Below are positions 55,300 to 64,000 of a DNA stretch of 64,000 nucleotides, piece after piece (position 1 is the first letter of the stretch; each line of letters begins with the position of its first letter). Below the pieces are notes generated by a model. The model saw only the letters and a program-made list of their open reading frames with translations. It did no database searches and was not told the DNA's origin. Origin of the DNA: Hydrolagus colliei (Eukaryota); contig CM068750.1 of assembly GCA_035084275.1 (NCBI GenBank), positions 8,370,001-8,434,000 of the forward strand. Direction: 5' to 3'. A program made the translations under genes and the position numbers.

Positions 55300-56130
55300 T
55301 GACACCACAGAAGCAGCGTCGGTGCATGTCTACATATCATTGACTGTATCCTGTAATATGCAACGGCACAGCTAGTTTTTAATGATTTGGATAAAACTGA
55401 TTGGTGTTGTTGACATCTTGAAGTAATTTCAAAAGAAATTAGATAAAATAAAATAATTTAAATGGGAAAGTGGGGGTGGGGAAGAAATGCTATGAATCCA
55501 TTCTGTATCATATGCAGAGCAAAGTTTCTCCGTCATTACAGTTGCTTTGTGTGTTTATTGCTAGGTCTGATAGCGGTAGCTTTTGATAGACAGCGGTAGG
55601 TGCCTGCTAAACTTGTGTTTTATCATCTTCAGATACAGATACTTATGCTACTAGCAAGGCTGTCTGCTTACTTTATACCAGCTTAGATAAACACTGCTAT
55701 TATCCTTATTAGTACGCAACATAATTGCTTCACAAAGAGCTTTGCTTGTTCTTTATCTTGTATCTCGTGTTCATGTGCTCAGTGCCAAAAGCAGAGTGGC
55801 TGGAGTGGACTGGGTTGGTACATCACCCTTACAGTGCCGTTGGCTGGGAAGTTTCCCAACAGCCACCTGTCTCAGCAACTCAACTGGCCTTCTGGTTGGA
55901 ACAGGAACTGGAAACCTTTCATTTGAACAAAGAAATTGCTTCCTTAAGTGCTGACAGCCTTTTTACCAATTTAAAAAAAAGTGTACAGTAAAACAAAGAT
56001 TGATATTGTACAGATAATAGTGTACCAGCAATCACGTGGTAATTCCTAGCAATGAAAGACATTTAACACTGTACCATAACATTTTCTGTAATGATATTAA
56101 ATATTAATAAAAATCCTTGATCATTATTAA
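55300..56130 (+). other. gphn: gphn 3' UTR (end approximate)
   Basis: Follows the stop, free of recognisable repeats; AATAAA at 55447-55452 and 56106-56111; repeats resume at about 56180. Confidence 0.6.
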
Positions 56131-56179
56131 CATTTATCTGGAACGATATCCTATGTGAGATAAAGAAAATTCTGCAACT

Positions 56180-56689
56180 CCTAATCCCCACCCCCCTCCC
56201 CTTCCCTCCCCCCCCCCGTCCCCGTCCCCAGCTCGGGTCTGAAACAGTGACTTGGGATGGCCTCCTGACGTGAAAGGCGCTATGCAAGTATAATTTTGTT
56301 GTTGTTGTCACTACTAGAATATGATTACATCTTCCTCCTATCTCTCCGACCTGCTGTCTCCTTATCAGCCTGCCTGCCCCCTCTGTTCCACGTCCACCGC
56401 CCTAACCACCAAACCATCGGTGGCCAGGCTTTCAGCCTCTCTGCCCCCACACTCTGGAATTCCATTCCGCAATCCCTTCACCTCACCTCCTCCATTCCCT
56501 CCTTCAAGGCCGGTCTCAGATCCTTCCTCTTTGACCGCGCCTTCGGCTCCCCTCCTAAGTCTTCCCACTCTCCTTACCCCTATCCCAACTCCCCCCCCCC
56601 CGCTCATGTCCTGACCTGATTGTTCAGTGCCTTGGGACGTCCTCCCGACGTGAAAGGCGCTCTATAAACGTAATTTTGTTGTTGTTGTT
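56180..56689 (+). mobile_element. Two tandem L2 3' fragments (about 56180-56308 and 56330-56689)
   Basis: GGQAFSLSAPTLWNSIPQSL; both end aaaggcgct..taa...(gtt)n. Confidence 0.88.
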
Positions 56690-58050
56690 CCTCATGCCAA
56701 AGTGTGAGAAAATGACCTCAGTGCAGTAAAACTCACAAAGATTGGAGCAGTCAGGACCATAATACCTTATATGACTTACCCAAAGTTCAAGTTGCAAACA
56801 AACTGTAGAAATCATATAAAATCAATCATCTAAACTGAGCATGCATAATTCACTGCAGCCGGTAAATGTGCATGTGGTGACAATTCAAGACTATATAAAT
56901 AATAATAATTTGTTCACTCAATCCATGACTGTCTGTGGGACTGTTGGCTGCCACGTTTCACCCACAAGATATATACAATCAATGAACTTTGCAGTATATT
57001 CTGTGAAGCACTTTGAGATGTCTCGAAGAGGTGATGCGTCGCTATATCAACTGTAAGGATTGTTATTCTTGTTACATTTCCCGCGATTCAATGCGTCTTG
57101 ATCCATCGCCTCATGCACACTTACCAACAAGCATTGGGATCACATTGAATTTCGAGAAGTGAAGTTATGCTGCGTATTCGGCGAATGCTCAAGGCTACGT
57201 TTCCCAGATTCAATGCAGCCGACCAGGTAAATCCACATGTGTTGACAGTTCAGAACATAAATTCCAGCAAATCAATGCAGCCACTAATTGTAGCAACTAA
57301 AGGAATTATTTTCAATAATTATGAAACAAAAGAAACTATTTCATAGGACAAATATTGTGCAAATGTCATTAGTGTAATGACCGTTTATTTACGGGTGATT
57401 ATAGTTCAGTAAGTTCACAATAATTGAAATTTCTTACCTGGAAATTTCACATCATTTTTCCACAATTAAAGAGATTCGATTTTAAATTAATTAGTTTTGC
57501 TTCCAGAATCTTTAACATGAATAGGTGTAATTACAAAATGTGTCAATGCTATGATGTAGCTACTCTGGGAATGTGAACTTCAATCTGCGTCAGCAACAAC
57601 CTCATCCACAGCGTGTGTCAAACTTGGGGTGGAACATTCCCTTCAGTACGCTGTAATCCCAGTTCTCATCACTTAGAAATGTTCCATTTTAGAAATGATT
57701 TGAGAATAAAAGTGTCAATGTTCCAGCAAATAAGCAGCGGATACAGCATGATTTTTAAATCTTTCAACCGCTTTTCATGTTTAAAAAGAAATCCTGTTTC
57801 AGGTTTTTAAGAATATCCGATGAGAATTATTGGAAGGTCTCCATGTTCTGTATAAATTGAAAGTACAGTTACTGTACTGTCCCTGCAACTTGTATTACAC
57901 CAGAGATAGTTAGTCATTTTGCTGAAATGTCTGACATAATACATTTTATTTTATTATGAATCTGATGTGGAGTTTTCACATCCAAGGCCACACACCAGCA
58001 TTCCTGGGAAACAAAATTGCTATTTTTATCTACGACTTTCATATCATGGT

Positions 58051-58333
58051 TTCGTGTAACTCAGTGGTTAGAGCACTCACCTCACAAGCGAGAGATCTGG
58101 GTTTGATTCTTTTGGGCAAGTTTCCTTAGTCCACAAATCTAATAATAATCCTTCAAAAAAAAATTGGTCATTTCAATCCACAACTGTTTTGGGACACTGC
58201 TGTGCACAATTGGCTACCACGTTTCACCCACATATATACATACAGTCAATTCACTTTACAGTATCTTCAGTGAAGCGCTTTGAGACATCTAGAAGACGTG
58301 AAAAGCACTGTATCAAATGCAAGGGTTATTATC
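58051..58333 (+). mobile_element. Full-length short tRNA-derived SINE
   Basis: A box taactcagtgg, B box ggtttgattc, core gggacactgctgtgcacaattggct, tail aagcgctttgagac...tcaaatgcaagg.ttattat. Confidence 0.88.
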
Positions 58334-61300
58334 AGTTTGACTGTGTGGTCTCAATAACCTAAAATCTAAGATTCCCCTTTTATTCTGTCCTTTTATCAGA
58401 CAGAAGCCCATTTTATTTTCCAGGCCAGAATCGAGCATTTTCTTATTTTATTGCCATAAATACAGATTTTTTATTACTTTTTTGTTTAAGAGTATCATTT
58501 GATATAAATGCAATGTGGCCTAATCTTGTTTCATTCTCTCATTCATTTTTAAACAATGCAAAGGGTTTGGTTTCATCGTGCTATGTTGTAACTGACCATT
58601 CTTGTAATTAGTAAAGAAAAATGTATCTAAATATCTCCAGTCTTGTTCGCTCTTATGTATTTTAAAAGGAGAACTGAACTAAAGTGTGGCTGGAAATACC
58701 TTTATTTACCAATTGAATTGTTAATGATGAATTCATCCACTGTGGTGGATATTCCGAAAGCTACCCAGTTTAACCTGTGCTTTTTTTTTAACGTGTTTGT
58801 CAAGAGATTTTGTGTGGCATGTTCCAGTGTTCAATGATTTGAATTCTATTGCATGGATTTGGGTTTTTTTTGTTCATTCATAAAAGCGCTCTCCCAATGC
58901 TTTTACAAAGACTACCTTACAGTGCATCGCCTTTAGGTGTCACTGTTACCAGCTTCATTGTTGAACAGAGAATTCGCCTGTGAATATTTTAGTCTATGCC
59001 AGTGTCAAGAGTAAAGTACAGTACTGTGTAAAGCAAAATGTGTTCAGCTTCCCAAACAGGACTGTCAATTGATTGATATTGACTTTAGCAGCAATTTTTC
59101 TATTCCCAACTCTTCCTTCCTCTCAAATCAGCAGCTGAAGAGTATTTCTGCACAAGGTGGATTCACCTAACTGCCTTTGGAACATTTAATATCCCTTTCG
59201 ACCGATGATCCTTGAAGAAACCCCAAGATACATATATGCAGTATGCGCATACTATTAATTAATATCATGGTCTAATGATTACTATATCATTTCCACTATG
59301 ATGGAGTTGTAGACTAGTTAAAATCAGTGCCACAGTAAACTAACTGATGTAAACTGCCAGATCCTAAAAACAGGTTGCACTGTGGCAAACAGAAAAACAC
59401 AAGAGCCATCTACAAAAATGTATTAACCCACAATTTTATGTCTTTGCCATTTGCACCATCTTTGTATTTTGAACCCTTTATGTTTCCACAAAACTTTCCA
59501 ATCTGAAACAAAAAGAATGGTTCAGCGGTCACAACTACACTGGAATTTGTGAATTACAGTATATTAAAACCCAAATGTCTGTTAGATGAGGAATTTTTTT
59601 TAAATAAAGATAGGACATGTTTCACTTTTAATCTCCCATCTATTTCCTGGCCGATATATTCACAAGTCCAGTAATTGTAAACCAAGAATGTGACTGCTGA
59701 TCAACCTTGAAAATGTCACCACCAGTGTAAGATGGATGTTTCAATAGGCCTGTCAGCAGCCTGTGTGTGTTATTGTGTTGCTATAAATTATTTTAATCTT
59801 ATATTACAATAATAATAAATATTTATTTTATTTTTATTTTTAAAAGTTCATAGTACTTCTGCTATCTGGGTGTCTTTGCGTACATTTCTTGTACCAGCCT
59901 CTACCTCTCGACAGACAGACAGACAGTCACTTTAGTCAGTGGGTAGTTTTGCTCCTGAACCCATTATAACCCGAAAGGTTAAACCATCGGCTTGTGCTGC
60001 AGTTTCACCAAAACAGAAACGGTATGAGATCATCATTCAATCCGAATCACATTCCTTCCTTACACTCTGTCGAGGCTGATTCGACGTAAAGCAGAAAACG
60101 GCCGAACTACCTTCAAACCTTTCGACATAAGTCGACCCAAGGAATAAAATAATTGCCGACAGTCAGTGCTGCATTGTGTTAAATGCAAACCGTGCTCTGG
60201 AACAAACACTGCAGCCTTTTTCTAAGATACTGTAATTTGGGGAGTAATGAAGTGCCATTGAGTGATTTCAGAACCAGTGGCCAAAATCCCAAGCTGAACG
60301 GTAAGAATGGACTGACTTGCCTCCGTTTAAAACAAAAGGCACAGGGGAAAACCGTTCTGTACACAGTAATATGTATATATGTATGTGTTCTTGAACGTTT
60401 ATTGGAGTTCCAAGAATAGTATAAACTCAGTTGAGTAGAATTAATACACCTCGATTGCTTCCTCCAGTGCACTAAACTACATCTCTCACTTCCACCACTT
60501 GAAAACCTGCTTGTGATAGGCACAAGTACAGAGGGTTTGCTATCTGCTGCCTCCTGAGAGATAAGACTTGTCCACATCCCTCACAAACACTCCGAAAGCC
60601 GGGAATATGAATCGACCCTTGTCCGACGTTACCTAAAGTAAGGATTAAATACATCATAAAGGGGGACAGTATACGAACCGCAATACTGTACCTCTAGCCT
60701 GTGACTGAGACACACAGGTTTCCCTATCCGTGTACAGGTGGCTACTGTATAAGATGATATTTTCTCACTGTGTGACTTTGCAATGGTTGAAGAATAGAGG
60801 CTTCTGTGTATTTCACATATGAACTACCTAACGTGTGTTCTGTGAGCGATAGGATTATTCTAAATTAAGTTGTGACCTGGTGAATACAAACAAAAAACTC
60901 ACAATGGAACCATAGCATTTTTTTGCCCTTGAAATCTCCAGTCCAGTGTGTTTTTTTTTGCTCTTTAATATGGGATAATGGGCATTTTAAGGGGCTGTGT
61001 GTGTGTGTCCCCTCGGAATATTAAATGATTGGAGTTCAGATGGAAAATCCGTCCAATTTACAAGACCGGGCTGGCGGCTGAGGTATTAAACAAAAATGCG
61101 CTCATTAAAAAGCACAGCAACTCTCCTGGTTCAAAACGTTTACTTCAGAAGGTGTCGATTCAGGCACAGGTTTGTAGAAACAAGAACAGTGTCTACCTTT
61201 TTTTAAAAAAAAAATTGTCTAAGACAAGGCGTAAAATGAGTTCCCCCGGAGGGGACATTAGATAATCCTGATACAGGGATTCAGCAAAAAAAAAAGCATT

Positions 61301-63224
61301 AAATGCATTAAATGCACAATTTGCTTTGTGGAAATTGGGCCGACTATTAATTGGTATATTTGGAATCATTGCATTTGCGCCTTATTCCTGTTTTAAGTCT
61401 TGAATTACTTGAATTACTGCTCAGAAAGGACAAGGTGGGTGATGGCGTGGGATGGGAGGGGAGGGGGTCCAACCTCTCGCTGTGAATTTGGAGTAAAATG
61501 TACAAAAATCCTTATTATTGTAGGACAAAGCTCTCTCCACGATCTGTGGCTGAGCGGGAATAACAGGCGGTGCTACAGATTGGAATATCACACGAGGAAT
61601 TAATTGGAGGAGAACGTGGAGACAAACCAAAAAAAGTTTCTTTTTTTAAAAAAATACCAGCGAGCATTTGTCTTCAATGCGTCAAAACGTTTGATTTTCA
61701 CACGATTTTCACACCAGCGTGCAGAGTGCAGACATACCATTAAAAAAAAATTAATTAAGTGCCACCAGAGACGAAAGTTGTCCAATTTGATCAAAACACA
61801 AACTGACTCGCATTGAAGTCATTGTAACTACTGTTCATCCTTTAGAATAGCCAACCCATGGCCTCACAACAGCAACCAGGCGCACTGTAGAGCAATTGTT
61901 TCATTTTTATCTGTAGAACAACAGTAATAATGAATCCAGATTACCGGAATCCTTCGTTGGACATTTTTTATATAGAGATATATATACAAACACACGTGAG
62001 GACTGATACATCCCCAAAGGACTGACTGACAGACAGGCTATGTGTATACAAAAGATCAACAGGTGCCTTTTTATTTATATGGAACTGGCAGATACACCTT
62101 CATAAGTAGCAAAAATAAAACATAAGATAGAGATAAATAAAGTAGCGGTGGGGGGTGGGGGGGGGAGAGTGGAATCGTTCAACAAGTCATTCCATCCCTA
62201 TGGGGAATGGTGGGGGTGGTTCCCCACTGTGCAGGTCAGTAACTATACAGGCTTTATTTCAAACATGAGAATCCAGGATCATGAGTAAGTAAGATGGATG
62301 ATGAGAGTTAACCAGATGCAGTGAGTGAATGAGTGAGAGTGAGTGAGTGAGTGAATTGTAACTGGGAGCTTGAGTGGGAAAGTTTCTGTCACTTCAACTG
62401 ATCACAGAGAGCATTCCACAAACCCGACATTAATGCTGAGGGTTGAATTTTATCCTGAGTTTGCAAGGAAAGGGCGTGTGTGTAAAAAAACCAACATATT
62501 TGTGTTAGTTTTCTCGGTTGTGGTGTGGGCTGCTGTGGAAACGATGGGAAAGGTTACCGGAAAAGTCGAAGTGTTTTTTTTTTGGGGGGGGGTCTGACAT
62601 TTTGACTTCACCACTGATGTTTTTAATGCTCAAAATTCAAATAAGGTTCTGTCTTTCTGTACTTGCAGACTTAACTCAAACGTGCACAAAGCGATGGGAA
62701 GGCTGGTATCAAAATGCATTGCAAATAACCACCCGGTCACGTTGCGAAAAGCTTTCCTTTTTTTAAAAAAAAACACAAGGTCAAATAACTAGGACTCGCA
62801 GTCAGCACAATGTGTGTAGCTTTTCAGCAAAGTACGCGAAATTCAAGCTGCCGAGAAGCATTAAAAGCTGTTGTGAAGACATTTCCATGGACAGTTGTTT
62901 AAGTGATTTGTTTTTTTTAACACACACACACACTCAAACACACACAAAAAAAACAACCGAGCTAAATTGTGCCTGGCAAAGGAACTTTATTTTCCGGTTG
63001 AATGTACCCTGCACGTTACACCAAATTTATTTATCAATTGAAAGAAATGAAAAGGGAGAGTCGAATCAAAGTCCCAAAGGATTTGTTTTTCAGCCTGTGA
63101 TAAGTTTGCTTTCAGCGTGCGATGGTGATCTGATTTTATCCCCACAGATGTGTATCACTCTGGAGATTTTTTTTAAAAAAAATCAATCTATTCATATTGG
63201 GAGTGAAACTCTGTGATTTCTGTC

Positions 63225-64000
63225 CCACCTCCTCCCCCCCCCCCCCCCCCTCCCTCCCTCGTATCCCTTCCCTCTCTGCTCATATCCGCTGCAATGAACA
63301 TTCCTAGCGTAGCTACTGCTTCACCTTTGTCCCCAGACACAGAGAGAAAAGAGAGAGAGAGAGAGAGAGCAGGGAGGGAGAGGCTGGACTGGGAGCTGAG
63401 CAGTCCTGGGACATTGAGGGAGGGAGGGAGGGAGGAGGGAAGGGTGGAGGTTCCTCCAATGAGGGATGGTGAGAGCCTCTGGTGTTGGGAGGGAAAGGTA
63501 CGTCGCTCTGGGAAGCAACGTAAGGACGCAATGTAAGGGACTCAGAGCTGGGAGAGTGAGGCACTACATCAGGCAGGGGGTGGCACCGAGAGAGAGAGAG
63601 AGGGAGGGAGGGAGGGGTGTCCTGGAGACGGTTTACTAGCTGCTCACAGTGAGTGTCCAGAGGCCGACTTACTCTGTGTGTGACTGACTCCCCCCCACAC
63701 AACACTTTTTCTTTCTCCCCCCCCCCCCCCCCACCCCCCCCCCCCTCACACAGACACACACAGACAGACAGACAGACGCCTGGAAGGTAAGAGTCCAGCG
63801 GCTGTTCAGTTCTTTTGTTGTTGAAGCTGATTGTCAACAGGTTAACAGGGAGCTGTGAAAGTGAAGAGGGTGAGGAAGAGAGAGGGAGGGAGGGAGGGAG
63901 AGAGGAAGGAGGGAGAGAGAGAGGGAGAGGAGGAAGAGAGAGAGGGAGGAGGAAGGGCGAGGGAAAGGGAAAGAGAGGAAGGAAGGAGTGAGGGAGGGAG
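63225..64000. repeat. GA/GGGA, poly-C and CA low-complexity region, possibly near the 5' end of the next gene
   Basis: (GA)n, (GGGA)n, C-runs and raised GC; strong plus-strand donor AAG|gtaaga at about 63786. Confidence 0.6.

Noticed and set aside
58051-58125. tRNA gene
   Set aside because: A/B boxes continue into a SINE body; no complete cloverleaf.
63213-63837. ORFs of 107 and 174 aa
   Set aside because: Low-complexity translations of C-runs and GA repeats.

Overview
AT-rich vertebrate genomic DNA. The repeats (Deu-domain tRNA-SINEs, L2-clade LINEs, CR1 scraps) point to a cartilaginous fish, which is an inference. The + strand carries the 3' half of gephyrin (gphn): two intact C4-type alternative cassette exons, one degenerate C4-type cassette, and 14 constitutive GT-AG exons (12989-55299) that splice in frame to the stop and encode the end of the linker plus the whole MoeA-like E domain. 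The main unexpected signal is on the minus strand. A chain of exon-like segments from about 52.3 kb to 25.4 kb is interleaved with the gphn exons, has its own splice sites with mostly matching phases, and translates to a helical-looking protein with scattered stops and frameshifts. This looks like a nested antisense gene that has decayed, possibly of CATCHR/KIAA0825-like type (unverified). Other items: a young 5'-truncated L2 LINE inside an old Deu-SINE, a hAT MITE with a perfect 8-bp TSD, a 92-bp inverted repeat, local duplications, a CTCF-like site and a ZNF143-like motif cluster. All homology calls are from recalled sequences; no search was run.
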